A stretch of 64,000 bases of DNA, from contig CM082579.2 in assembly GCA_040954595.2 (NCBI GenBank), positions 5,567,525 to 5,631,524 of the forward strand, in the 5' to 3' direction. The DNA is from Balanoglossus misakiensis (taxonomy: Eukaryota > Animalia > Hemichordata). The notes under the pieces are model-generated. The model was not told the DNA's origin. It saw only the letters and a list, made by a program, of their open reading frames with translations, and made no database searches. The position numbers and the translations under genes were made by a program. Shown piece by piece: positions 26,064-40,205 of the stretch. The first letter of the stretch is position 1. Every line of letters begins with the position of its first letter.

Positions 26064-28348
26064 GGTTCGTCTCGAGGTACAATCTGTTCGATTCTATCCT
26101 GTCGTTTGTGCAACGAGGTGTGGTTCAGTTGACTGAACAGTGACAGACTTGAAACCGGAGAAAACGTGTTTCAGTTGGACCACTTAGAACTTGGGTGGGG
26201 TGGGGGCTCTCTAGTCTTAGTAAGGCCAAGTGCCAGCTGTGATCTTACCCAAACAAACTCTCTTCGTCTTCCCAGCGATGGAGTTTACTGGGCAGGCGCA
26301 GAGGCAAAAGTAAAAAAACAAACATATACCAATAAAATACCTTAGCTACCACTTTCTACTTCAGAACGCGAACATCCATCAATCAGTTTAATAAATCTTG
26401 AGGCTTTGTGGGCAATACGCGTGATAATTTAAAGAAGGCTGGCTTGTTCGTTCTTGTTTACTCTCCACTTTTCATGAAACTCCGAAGGGCGCCAAAATGT
26501 ATGAACACACTACAGGCATTTTACAAAAAGACTCTCGTTTATCAAACTAAGGACCAGGGTAGCCATCAACGGGCCACTGATGTTATGATATGGCTGTAAA
26601 TTTCTGACAATAAGTGAAATTACACTGCACTGTAGATTATAACACATTTGTAACCGTGCCACTCAGTAACAGCGCGATCTGTGCAATCTTTATTCATTTA
26701 TAAAGAAATCAAAATTATATGGCAGTAAAACATACAAACAAAAATGAACAAAATCAAACGAATAGCAAAAGTGAATAAAATCGTGAAATTGGTTCCGTCA
26801 TGTATTTGTAACAGCCGCACTTTATATTTTTTACACAACAAACCAATTCACGTGCATTGCTAGTGTTCCAAGTGCAAAAGGAATCACCTCTGAGTACGAA
26901 AAAGGCTAAAGACCGGACATGATGAAATTTATAATAAAATAGCATAGCTGCTTGGTGGTCACATTTTATCATAACGTCATATGCAAACCAACGAAAATGT
27001 AATTGAAAATACAGGTCATGGTACAACCGTTTTTTGCGATTAATTTGAAGTGAATCATTTCAGGTTGTTCGAGTAAAGACTCCAAACATGAAACAGTTTG
27101 TACATGTACCAATATGGCTGTCTGGCAGCCATATTGGATCGGATCTCCACAGTCAATTTCTAACCTATTGACCGATGGATTGCATGGTTACAATACGAAC
27201 TTCGGCTACTCAAAGTACATTTTAATAGAATGAAACCCGTGTCTCTTCCCAGAGAAACTTTTACAACAGTGGTCAGATCTCTCATTCCAATCTACATAAT
27301 AAGTCACGATAAGGAGATCACACGATGACGTCATTCATAGCAGAATATATTAATTCTCACTGTAATACTTTGAAAATTCCTGTGTACATAGATAAAAAAT
27401 ATCACTTTACTAAGTCTTTACTAAATTCCGAATAACGAAAAATGTACAGACATACACACATTTCGTGTTCAATATATGTAGGTATTTACCTGTACACACA
27501 CACTACTCTGTCAGTCAGTCAGTCAGTCTATCAGTCAGTCAGTGGCCTGTCTTGTATTATACTATACTGTATCGTGTCGTGTTGTTTTGAATACCATAGT
27601 TGGATTTATGTGTAAAAATATTACTTTAAAAGGTTAGATACAAAAAGGGTTAACAGTAAAAAAATTAGAAGCTATTTACAGGCAGATATATATCAGAACA
27701 TCTGCAAGGTTATTAAAAATTGCGAAAACAAACTCAATAAAATGTCACAGTATGGCTGACTTTACAAAAAGAAAAGAATTTAAAAGCCAAGCAGGCTATC
27801 ACGTCGATGTGGGCGTATTTTATTTTCCTGGTCAAAAACGTTCTCTGCTGTCCGATCGGATGTGTAGACACACCTCTGATCATCGTTACACTATCAAACC
27901 GATGTAAAAAGTTTAGGATTCAAAATCGACAGACTTGTGTTTTCTTTCGTTATGTTTATGATATAGTTACATTATTAAGGTTATATAAAAATAGCAAAAA
28001 TAGCAATTTCAAACATATTTTACGCTTTCTTCATCCGTGATCTTTCCCCGAACTTCTTGTAACAAGCTCCGTAATGAGAAATGAAAATAAAATTGCCTAC
28101 TTACGTATATCATTAATCTACCAGTCCATATACATGTAGGCAAACACCTAGATTCATACCTGTCCTTTCACATTTCACGCCATTTCGGATATAAATAAAA
28201 TGAACACGAGACTCTTCACACCCGTTTAACCAATGTTACTAAAGTAAGTACCACTTTTTTCTCTGGCAGATTGACAACACGGTGGAGACTGCCTGGCTCG
28301 GTGAAATGTCAAACACGAAGTCAGCGAACAACAGGACACACTGCCCGG

Positions 28349-31097
28349 TCAAGGGGCCGGGGAGCCTTTCGGCTCGTACATGGAGATGCCCACCTCAACG
28401 CGATGTTTCTGCAACCTAGGACCCCAGTCAGGCCGTGGTTTTATGGAATTCCTCAGACGCTACAAGTGAAAGTGACACAGAAGGGCAATAAGGTGAGTGC
28501 AATCACATTGATCTCACAATTTCGGCCATCGTATAATCACTCTTTATGGCTGTATACACTGTTACGTAGGAGAAGTTTGCTGTTGTTTTGTGACCAGGTG
28601 TGTTTTCGCTTACTTTCGTAATTTGAATATTTGCGTGACCAGGTGTAGTGCATTCATTATTTTCCCCATATAAAAAGGCCGCACGTTGTGTTGCGGCGTA
28701 GCTACTAATTTGGACTTGCCCGTGTGAGCGTGTCGTAACAACACACGTATCGGGGAGCCGTCGTTTTATTTAGTTACGATCCTCACAAGATGCCAACAAC
28801 ATTTAGGCTATCCCCTTGAACATATCCCGCCACACACAGCCTGTGCTCGTTATCTTCGAGTGGAACACGTGAGTCACGTGAATGTATACTCACACTTAGT
28901 ACAGGCCCCGTTTCGACGAACACAAGGTAATATATCATGTAGAAGAAGATGGCGCAGACGGAAGCCATGACCATCAGCCAAGCAATGGAAGGGTCGGCCC
29001 AGGCCGGATACACGTAGGGACCAAGTGTGATGGGCTTGTAGTCGATGAAATAGAAGATAAGTACAAACTGCAAGAGAAAAACATAATTGACAAGAAGTTG
29101 TTTATAGTAACCTGGCCTATTGGTTAACAAGATACGTCGGGCGTTTATGGTCAAAGTGTCGCAAACAACTAACCAACTTACCAGTATCAAGAATGGTGCG
29201 ATGAACATTGGAATGATACCAGTCCCATACACACAAATCCAAAACAGTTTGGACCTTTCGCCAACCATGGCCTGTATATTTGCAATTATATTCCTGAAAC
29301 CTAAAGATATAGAAGGGTCATACTCCCAAGAGTAACGCGGCCTTGCGAACATGCCTGTACTATAGCTAGGAGCAAAACTACCATGTTGCTGCAAATGTAG
29401 ACATTGGGGGGGGGGGGGGCAAATATCTAGAATCCAGAACGAATAGTTAAAGTGGCGGGAATGGCCAGAAACCTACCAGCGCACCTGCGACGCCATTGGC
29501 CACTTACCATAGACGTACGTCACGGCCAGAAGCTCGATGAATCCAACGATGACAACCGACACACCGGCAGCATAATTGTCTTGTAACGCCAGCCAATAGA
29601 TGCCGCTCTAACAATGCAAACATAAAGTATTTTGAGGTTCATTAAGGATGCAAATTGACATGTCACACATAGTGACAACATAACTTTGTGTAGTGGGTTT
29701 CGCCACCTACCTACCTATCTACCTTCTTATTCCACGTACCTGTGTAACATGGAGGACGCCAAGAAGAAAGAAACATGAGCAGACGACAAAAGGCAGTATC
29801 CAGCGTCGTCCTTTGAGAGTTCTGCGAATGATTTCGAATTCGTCATGGAGAGATGTTATCGTAGTCTCCACATACACAACCTGTGATCAGATAATATAAG
29901 TATAATCAGTTTAAGGACAATGTGTAATCAACTAGCTTTATGTTCCCAACATTTCTGCCATTTTCATACGTTACATGAAATGTCATGTTAAAACAAGACA
30001 TTCCACATTACTTGAAAATATACTTGAAAAAATGTAACTGTCGCCCACCACAAGCTATGATCATCATAACAAAATAATCTGAACCTCGTGTATACTGTTA
30101 TAACTTGACAAGGGGACCTTCAGAAAGCGGGAGACAGTAGGAAAATGTGACTAAAGCAAAGTTCTTACCAGTGAACCAACGCCAAGGGTAATCAACATGG
30201 CGAAGAAGAGAAACGCCCACAGCGGAGATATTGGTAGTCTTGACAACGCTTCCGGGTACGCGATAAAAGTCAACCCAATTCCTGTTTAGCGTTAAAGATG
30301 ACGAAAACATATTTACAAGAAGAAAAGCAAGTTAAACAGTGTCAAAGTGAAATTTTAATTTTATAAGCGAAATAACAAATCGCGAAATCACATACCAGAG
30401 TCAACAACGTCCTTCACTTCTTTTCCGGTCTCGTGCGCCATGAAACCGAGAATAGAGAAAATGGCGAAGCCCGCGAACACACTGGTGCCGCAGTTCATCA
30501 GAGGAATAATCACCGCGTCACTGAAACAGAAATGTCAAAGTTCACAATTTTAGAGCCGGAATGTCATGTGTATGTCACGTTCGTCATACTATAACATCAT
30601 CTTTCCAGGATCGTTCATCCACAGTGTTGATGTACTTACAAGTAAACGTTGTTGTGAAATTTGTTGTAGCTGGCGACCACGTGTAGTCCGCCATTAGCGG
30701 CACTCAGCGAGAAGAAGATCTGTGACGCAGCATCTTTCCACACCTGAAGGCAAACACATGAAAGTGTTGTACATTCTGTTAGCGATTTGCTGAATGTAAT
30801 TGGTCGGTAAGGACTTCTTACAGAGTCTGAGACTTCACCTGTTACAGATAGTCAGAGACATTCTGCAGGATGGACAGGCAGGCAGACAGATAGATAGGCA
30901 GGCAGACCTAGAAGGTGACCTACCTTGGCGTTACGCAGAAGTTCCCACTTTGGCTGCATGTAAAACTTGATTCCTTCTCTGGCACCGGGAAGGGTCACTC
31001 CGCGTATTAACAAAATTAGGATTACGAGGTATGGGAATGTGGCAGTGAAATAAACAACCTGTTATATTATGGTAAGATACATTTGTTTCAGTAAGTG

Positions 31098-31138
<41 letters not shown>

Positions 31139-34100
31139 CATCATCATCAAAAACAAACAACAACATACCGCGTAGAGCACGGCTATCAACAAGAATACAA
31201 ATTACAACATGGTCAGGACTTCATATCCCTCCGCCTTGCTGGAACAGAATGACTTGACTCACCTTGCCAACAGACTTTACACCCTTTATGAGAGTAAAGA
31301 AGATGATGATCCAGGCCAGTAGAAGACACAAACTTAACGACCAGACGACTGTGCCCAGTTCGTCGATACCGTCGGATTTCTGAAGAACGTATCGTCTACA
31401 GATGAAATCAGAAACAGAGACGTTCATTTGTGTGAACATATTTCATCTTTAAAGAAGACGAGTCACTTTAATCCAAGATGTGTGGAGTTGCTGGATACAG
31501 AATTATTTGTAATGTGTTCGATTCGCGGCAATCTATAATTTTTTTATGTTACAAAAAAACAGTGCATCAAACTCTGCCATTTTAAATAATGACTCTTTCC
31601 CATATCCTTCATTAATGCTAAGTGTGATTGGCTTACGTGAAGTATTCATCGCTGGAACTGGTGACGTTTGTCTCGTTCGAGGGCTGTGTTGCATTGAAAT
31701 CCCTGTCGTCATAGCAACTATCTGAATTCCAGTAGTTGTTGCACCCGACCCAGGGGAGGCTGGGCAGCGCCGTGAACGAGGCGAATGTGAAGTAGACGGC
31801 CCAGCACATGACAACGTTGTAGTAGATCGCCACCAGGCTGCTAAGAATTACCATGGCATAACCCAGTCCTAATGTAAACCATTTTTAAAAAAAGTCAGCG
31901 ACAGGAATTGAAATAGACCTGTCTATATTGCAATGACTGAGTTTGATGTTAGTCAAAGGGTCAGTCCACTAATAGGTTGGCGAGTTGTAAGAATGGACAA
32001 TTATGGTGGAAAGTGGTTGTGTCGATGAGGAAAATTGATAGAGCTACTGGTCAATCGACCGAACGATCGCTCGCATTTCCAGCTTGTTGCCTATTCTTCT
32101 GATTCATGCTCGGGGAACATGCGCAATCGTGATTTGGTCGAGGACGTGTTTTCTATCTTCGTACGTATCTCGCTGGATTAATTTTAATAAAAACATTCCA
32201 CTTAATCAAATACGTTAAGTTATATGATGTCTGTAAGACGCAGCTGAGAAAGGGAAGGCTCATGTCGACGTAATGACAGTTGATTAGAAGTTATATGCGT
32301 GCTTTGTTAATGTTACATTCAAACGTGATATACACTGATTTATAAAAGCTTTACCTTTGAATAAAGGGCAACATTGCCAGACTCCGATGCAACCTTGACT
32401 GGCGTACTGACCCAACGTCAGCTCGATGAGAAATACCGGCATTCCAACAAAAAATAACATTATGACGTACGGTATCAAGAATGCCCCTGCAAAAGAAGTT
32501 GTAAATTAAGAAAGCTCAGCCAATGCTAGTTCATAAATGAATTCTTGATTTAAGAAATTGTGGTTTAAACGACCACCCGGGTTGATAAGTTTGTGCAGTG
32601 TTATAGGCGTGTATATCATGACTTGAACGTATATATTCAACTATGCATATTAAACCATACCTATACCATGGAAAGTAAAAAGCGCAAGAGCATGGTCCTG
32701 ATTTTAAAGGACTCAGACACGCGTCAATTCGTCTTTAAAAAGTGCGCCCCCAACAGCTCAGTACATGTACTTTAAACTTTGAGACCGGTTCGTTCAAAAG
32801 CGAAAATTGAGTGCCACCTAATATGAGTGAGCGGGAGATTAGCAATCACTTGGGGTGAAATGTTACCGTAATCTGTGACCCGCCAATGTCACTGGGAGAA
32901 AAAAACAGAATGGTTTTCCCTGCAGTCCTTGTTTTGAACAAACATACACCACTTGCTGGTTTCCAAATCTGAAAGACTTCTCTTTCAGTTTTGAAAATGC
33001 TGATATATCACCAGTGTGGACATCATCCCCCCGGTCAGACGACATGCGCACAAATGCAATTCTATTCTGGCAAATGTAGCCGTGTCACCGATTTCTTCTT
33101 TTGGCTGACCGAGAATTTCCTCGCAAAATATCGTCATATCATTATTAAGTCTCCCTCTGTGGGACTTTCTCACTGTTTATAGCAGAATTCAACTTCCGTT
33201 CAATTAGGAACCGAGAAACGCCGCCTTTGTTTATAGAAATCCGATGTCGCTGCTCCTCTCTTACTGAGAAAGGGTACGGGGGTGAGAGTCAACAGAGTTG
33301 TAAAAGTCGACGAACAGTTGGACTATTATCCCGTAGATAGTAAACGCCGAGTAAACAACAGTGCGGGTAAAATGTGAAGTGTATAATTTGCACAAAAAAG
33401 TAGTTCGAGGATTGGTTACCACGCGCAGCGGAGGAAATATTTTATTCATATTTAGAGACACACAAATTTGGTGACGGCATTTCATCGAAATGGCATGCTC
33501 AAATTTTCAAAAGCCAAGAATTTAATTCATTCATTCGTTCACTAACTCACGTCAGCCACTCTAATGTAAGATGCCAATGTACCAGTAGCTATTATAATCG
33601 ACTCGGGTATCCATGGATATAGTTAAGTGTCAGTAACAATTCCTGATTTATTTCATTAGGTTCCACATCAACGAAGAAATATAATATTTAGTGTGGTGTA
33701 GTTGTTGTTATTGTTGCGACGGCTGTACCCTTCGTACGTGTGCCATAATTGCGTTACGCCATCGCCATTCGACCAAAACAACTTTCGCTGTTTCATAATG
33801 GCTTAAGGTGACACATTAATCATGCTGAAATGGTGATGGTGAAACTTTCCATCTGGATCTGACAAAGAATTCCTCTGTTCGTGTAGCAGTTCAGCGTACT
33901 ACTCTTGGTCCGCAAATGTACTTAAATTGCCGGCGAAGGAAAATTGTGGATTGGCGGCAATTTGGCCTGTAAGGTGTCGTCTGTTCTGAACAACGGCGAC
34001 AAAAGTAGAATATAATTCTGCACAGTCGGCGTCAATGGGATGGCACACGCCCCTCTGTGCAGTGGTATCTACCGTGCTTTTTTTTTTAAAAAGCCAGCTA

Positions 34101-37100
34101 CCTCGATGAGTGTTTGCATTATCAGGGGTCATCTAAGGTCACCGCGACCCCAGAACCTTGACATGTCTGTTTCCGGATCATTTACAAAAGGGGGGTTTAC
34201 TTGTTGATGCGAACCGTGGTTTGGGTCGGTAATACTATAGAGTGTTACGAGCAGGGCATTGCACGGGTCCTTGACAATCACAGTTCCGACTTGTTGAGAA
34301 GACAAAGAGGCGAAAGTGGGTGCTTTTTAAGTAGCAACTGCCGGTATACAAGGCATTCCGTCCCGACCACCAGATTTGGGCTGTCTATAGGTCTGCATGG
34401 GAGAGGGCGCAATTAACTAAGTAGCCGTGTCCAATTAAAGCCACTAGATTGGCGCATATACGACGTGCCTTTTGTCGAAGTATAATGGCGCCTCATTTTA
34501 CACGGAGATGGTGCAAATAAATGTCCGGCAACAGAGAGTGGTATTCCTCGGCCAGGTGTTTGTTTATACCACGCACTCTTTCTCTGGTCTCCCCTTTGTG
34601 CAGTGAGCGCTTTGTCAAAGTTCAGGCCGCGCGGGTCAAAGGTGAAACCCACCGACAACAACTGGACACATACAAGAAATAAATGTCGTTATATAAGGTG
34701 AGCCTTTGGTTGTGTATACCACTGGCAGTGTTAAAATGTATCAGTAGAGTGACCCTCCATCATTCTCTGAACTTGTCACATCCATCACACTATGTGTTTG
34801 CCTGTGGTTTATACTCAGCGTTAAGGGATAACCAATTCGATTGGGGGGGGGGATACGGGAATGTTATCGGTCACTGTAATGCCATCTATTCGGTGACTTG
34901 TTACGAGATGTTATGTGTATGAATGATTGTCAATGATACAGTCCCACCTTGATTAATGAGTCCGGACATGACAGTGCAGCAAACAGAATTACTTGCACCC
35001 GGCCATGTTGGATCGTACAGCAAAAGCGAATCGAACCACATTACTTCATTCTTGTCCCTTTAACTGCATACATTGATAATAGTGGGCATGGACGTGGACA
35101 AACCATCCCAAGACTTGTACTCACCCCCACCGTTGCTGAAGCACAGGTACGGGAACCTCCAAAGGTTTCCCAAGCCGACGGCATAGCCTAGACAGGAGAG
35201 TATAAACTCAGTCTTGCGGGACCAATTTCCTCTTTCAGCATTTTCATCCTTGCATTCTTCTTCCGCTGGAACCGTTTCGCCCAGTGCGATGTCATGCTTG
35301 CAGGAGTTGACATCATCTTTCTGAAATATTGAACAGACAAGAAGGCTGTAAATCGAAGTCTAGTTTTGGGGCATCCATCATGAATGTCTGAGAGATGTTC
35401 ATCTTTCTTCCCCAGCTTTCAAACCTGTACACCTGGACAAAATCTTCTACGGACAGACAGAGTACACATTCAAGTAGCCAGGTCATACAAGTCAAGCTTT
35501 ATGGCAAACTAGAATAGGTGCAAACTTGCGTTCCATTTAACACGATGGCTATGTTATGTGTGTCCTTGTCACACGAGAATGTCCCCAGACATATCTAAAC
35601 TTTCGAGCCACGCGATGTCTCGCAGGGTCTCGCGGAGTTCGGAAAATGGTCTATTGAACGAACAGAATGCGTAATTTCGGCCTGGAATGACTATATTTTA
35701 TACATTTAAGCAGTATCACTCATATTTTGTCACAAGGCAAACATCCTGAAAAGCCCACAGCCACTCAAGCGGGTGACAAAACGTGTATGTCATGAAATTC
35801 TTCCCATTGCCGCCTTTTCACGTCCGTGCCCACTACTCAAAGGGATCTAAATATAGAAGGAGCTACTTCACTGGGCTGAACCGACCTGCCCGACAACAGT
35901 CGCGCTTTTCACACGTTATCGAGTACACCAAGTGGGCCATGTGGGTTTAACTTAGATCATTTTGAAATCGTGCCGACAGGACATTGGCCGGGGATAGTGC
36001 TTCATAATTAAATATTCCAATATCCTATAGATAGTCCAAAGTCATTAAATGATAAATAATTAATTAACAGATACAAAGCACCTGGGAAGGGAGAGGCACA
36101 GGCATCACATAAAAAGTTGATCAAAAATTAATGATCTCATTCAACACCAGACATATCTCGGAGTCATCTGCGCAATCGCTCCAACAAACCGCCAGATTTC
36201 ACTCTACAGATTCCGGTCGTTCGTGTTTATTTTTCCTCCACGTCGCCGGCAGGCCATCATTTTTAAACCGACGGGCCTGTGCCTCTTTACTGGGTACAGT
36301 GTGTTTTGTGCATATACTAGTAGAGTTATGGGAACGAATAAAATGAAGAGATATAAACAAAGTGAGATTGTGCAATTTTACATTCTAAACAAGGGAGGAA
36401 TCGGTCCGTCTGAGCACCGCCTACAAGTTCAGCAACCCTTCACGACAACGCCCATCATTCATCCCGTGAAACTGATTTAATTAAAAGAAAATATTGTGAC
36501 TTGAAGCTAATGAACCGAATTCACATCATGCAACTCAACGTAAAGGTAAACATAGTATGGCACCATGGGCCACCGTCGGGCAACCTTGTCATAGGAAACC
36601 TGGAAATGACAAACTTTGAAGAAAAATTTCCGTTTCACACATGTGTCTTTGATATTGTTCTCCCAGGTTCGTGCGATGACGTCATCTGTTATGAAATTTT
36701 TGAGTTCACCTTTATGTACGACCTGCACACGTCAAGTGGTTGCCTGACAGGATGTCAGCACTGAGACCCGGTGAACGCTACAAGAGTAAAACCCTAACCT
36801 ACAGGGTTGTTTTTTTCTGACGTTGTTATTAGGTTGCGATATTCGGTAGCATTGTCTCCTCATCTGGAGTAGGTGTCATGTGTCTGTTCATGCGTGTTTT
36901 TAAAGTGGTTATCAGCATCTAGCCGGCGAATTCTGGTTCTTGAGTTTCTTGTAAGTTTGACTTCTCATTGAAGTAACTCGACACGTAGCGGTGATCGTAT
37001 GTCTTTCCAAGCTGCGCTAGGTATAGCGGATTTGCAAAGCCCATCATTTATCTCCCGCCAAAAGAGCGCTGTCCAGCGAAATAAATCAAGCCATCGTTTG

Positions 37101-40100
37101 TCACGTGACTGCCGGCGATTTGACAACTGCTTTTCACTGACTTCGAATAAATCAAATTGCCATGGCGGTACTACATACTTCGGTTGGCGATGGCGATTTT
37201 CTTTACTTTTGCAACCGACAACACAGCATTTCAGAAACCAAAAATCCACTTCGCAGCGAACAAAAGTTCGTGAAAGTCAAATCTTCAAAATATGCCATAC
37301 ATGCGTACTGCTTGGAGCGAGAGGTGTTGTGAAGTGTGTTTACGTGACCTTTAACCTCCGAAGTCCACCTTTTTCTGGACCCTGTGGCGTTCGTGACCTT
37401 ACCAGTACTGACAAGGGCATGCTCCTCTCGATCTCATTTTGAACTATGTTTTTCAGCTGCCGCAGACATGGCGCGGTTCTTAGTTTACTTTTTACTGCGG
37501 GTTTTTATAAACACGGCCTGACCACGTATGCAGGATGCCTCGGATTTTTAACAGGCAGCGGTTAAATGAAAACAGATCGTAAAAGCGCGATTTTACACGA
37601 GAGTGCGTGAGAGATCACGGCCAACTGGCATGCATGGTGATGTGAAAATGAACGGCGCCGTTCCGTCAGACGACGCTCCAGCAACAAAATAAGTGCCACG
37701 TTACAAAACACCGGGAATACATGTGACTTCATTGCATCAAAATAACCCCCGATGAATAACCCTTCAAAGGGGCGTGGGACAGATTTTCATATCTTTCATC
37801 CTTTCTCTGTCTTCCATTCAAGGTTGCGTGGCGTGATTTGTTTGAAAACAAACACGAACGGGGCGGTTCGCCTCACCCTCTTGTTTTCGAAGGAAAACAA
37901 CCATCCACACTGCGAGGGTTTGATCCCTGCAATGTTTTACTTCTCAGAAGCATCTGGGCGAATCTCGCTCAGAGAGTTCTGCAGATGTGCAGCAGATCTG
38001 CAAGTTCGCATTCTGCAGATGCAGCAGATACTTATCCAAGTTCGGTTTCTCGCGCTATAAATGCATGCTTGTTATCTGATACAAGTTATCGTTCAGAGCG
38101 CCTGTAAATAGAATTCGGGAAATGTTGAAGCGAAGAATGGGGTCAGCTAAAATAGAAAATCACAGGGTTTCTTATCTGAGTACGGGCCACTCACTTCAGA
38201 GGTTGGACGTACACACTGGCTACCGTACATCAACACTAAAGCCAGCGGAAGTCGAAGATTTGGGAGGAATGTGGGTCGTGCATGGAGGAGGGCGTCTCCG
38301 GTAAAGGATGAAGGGGGAGGGGGGGGCTTGGGTAATTTGGAGTAGCTATAGCTGGGGGCACCTGGGAATATTCAACATTTAAATCTCATACTTGAGTATT
38401 GACATTTGCATTAATTTGATGGTCGGAAGAAAACACTACCAGCAGTAGTGGCAAGCGCTGGCGTCGGTTTATGAGATCGTCCTTCATCAGCCGTACGCGT
38501 CGTCCACTGGACATCAGCGTCTTTCTATTTGTGACGTCTGAATTGTTATAAAATTGCGTGCATATTTGTCGTGTGGATACCTCAAGAAGGCATTTCATAA
38601 TTTCTAATTGTAAAGTAAACCAGTTACTGTACAAGTTTAGATTTTCGAAGAAGAAAAAACAGCCCAAAATTCACAATTGGTAAAATTACCTAATTAAAAT
38701 GTCCGACGGAAGATTTAAGTCATCCCTGGGGGGGGGGGGATAAGTGCTGACTTTGCGTTTTTCACCTCATTCATTTCTACCTTGGGGGAATGTTCACAAG
38801 TGGTACAATGTGGTATGAGGCTTATGCTTGACTTCATCGGCGGGACGCATTGTCAGGTTGCTACCGCGAAGTTCTCCGTGCATGAAACAGCGGTGGTCCC
38901 CGGTCTGGCTCGTTTGTTGCCGCGGTGTACGTCGCGTATATATATATATATACACAGGCGCCGGCCGAGAATTTTTCCGCGATTGTTTTTCCACATGAAG
39001 AAATTCAGTTATGGGAAAATCCCGGGGTGAGCCAATCTTCCGGTCAAGCCGCGCCGTATACACCGGGCGTCGTTTTTACGTGACAGTGTTTTGCTCCAGC
39101 CCACCCAGCGGCACCGGTAATTACCGTAAGCCTCCCTGGGACAATGCGTTGGCTCTCCCGAGTGTTTCATCACTTCTCGCCTGCTAAAAGGTGGTAGTGT
39201 TTTGTGCCGGCCATCTTGCTGTGCAATCACTCATGCCCAGGTCACGCTGGCTTGACCCCTGTTGATCAGATTAGCCATAAAGATCGGCTCTGCATCTATT
39301 TAGGCCACTCCAGTCCGGCACTGGGGAGATTATCAGAATTTCTCCAGTGACCGCATACATTTAATTGATAATTGATTGATTGATTATTATTACCTTATTA
39401 CATTCGTGACATCTTTCATCTTTTAACTATTATCGTTAACACCATGTGACGATCAAACAATTGTTAATGTCGTTACCAGGACGCCCTTGGTTAGACAAAA
39501 AGGATTTTAGGGTTTTCGCGATCAACAATTTCGTCTTTCGGGACAAGGGAATGAGACGCGAAGTATTTGAAACCATCAAGCATGTGGTTGCTATAAATAG
39601 AGTTGCATTGATAACGTCATACGATCATATTTTTGCACTTGGCCCTTGTTTATGCTGCACTGGTCCACTCCAGTACTGGTGCGTCTGGTTCGGTTAAAGG
39701 CGCTAAGTCACGTCATTACAATCATTTTCTCCGGCGAAAAATACCATTGGTATTTAACATCGCATGTCCCTTTGAAGTAAGTTGCAAAGCCTTTCGCGAT
39801 TACAACCACTTTTTTGGTTTGTTTGTTGAAGCAATGCGAAAAATCCACGTGGCGAATCTGTCAACTTAAAGTGCTTCTTACTACGCGCAGCCACTTGCGC
39901 AGGAACACATACTTGCTTTGCGCTTATGGCCGCTGCGACGCTAAAGTTTTGGGTCGGGGCATATAGCAACTTATTGATAGCGCACATAAAATGCTCCAAC
40001 ATGGTTTTTCAGAAGGTTAACTAGATCTGATGCAATCAACGTGGAGGGAAAGGGTCGTTTTGTGAATGTGCAGTCAAACCTCAGCTAGCCTGTTCAGGCC

Positions 40101-40205
40101 GATGTCAACGGCTGTGATTTATAGCAATGCATCTTGACTCGGGAGTAAAACCGAATCTCGCCTACCTACCTCGACCAGCTTGTACGAATTCGCTCCACTC
40201 TCCAT
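28349..40205 (-). CDS. SLC6/NSS transporter copy 3; 14 coding exons, 616 aa
   Basis: Exons 40205-40170 ([12 protein letters not shown], resembling copy 1 MKSYDLTQ), 35320-35125, 32486-32355, 31868-31637, 31395-31263, 31058-30924, 30743-30640, 30520-30396, 30281-30169, 29880-29740, 29607-29508, 29300-29182, 29067-28894, 28459-28349; frame open, GT-AG introns. Confidence 0.9.
31097..31149. repeat. (CAT)n microsatellite in intron 5 of SLC6 copy 3
   Basis: About 17 near-perfect CAT units. Confidence 0.95.
36965..37249 (-). mobile_element. Degenerate THAP-domain-like fragment, probable DNA-transposon relic in intron 1 of SLC6 copy 3
   Basis: Translation [12 protein letters not shown]...KQLSNRRQ...RWLDLFR...[17 protein letters not shown] resembles THAP zinc-finger N-termini (CxVxGC...LSERR..W...CSxHF...P); the CxxH His is missing. 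Confidence 0.4.

Noticed and set aside
28783-29394. 203-aa ORF as an independent gene
   Set aside because: It is SLC6 copy 3 exons 12-13 read through a short intron that happens to lack stops.
37960-38035. Cluster of CTGCAGAT-like words
   Set aside because: Short low-complexity duplication with no regular period or termini.
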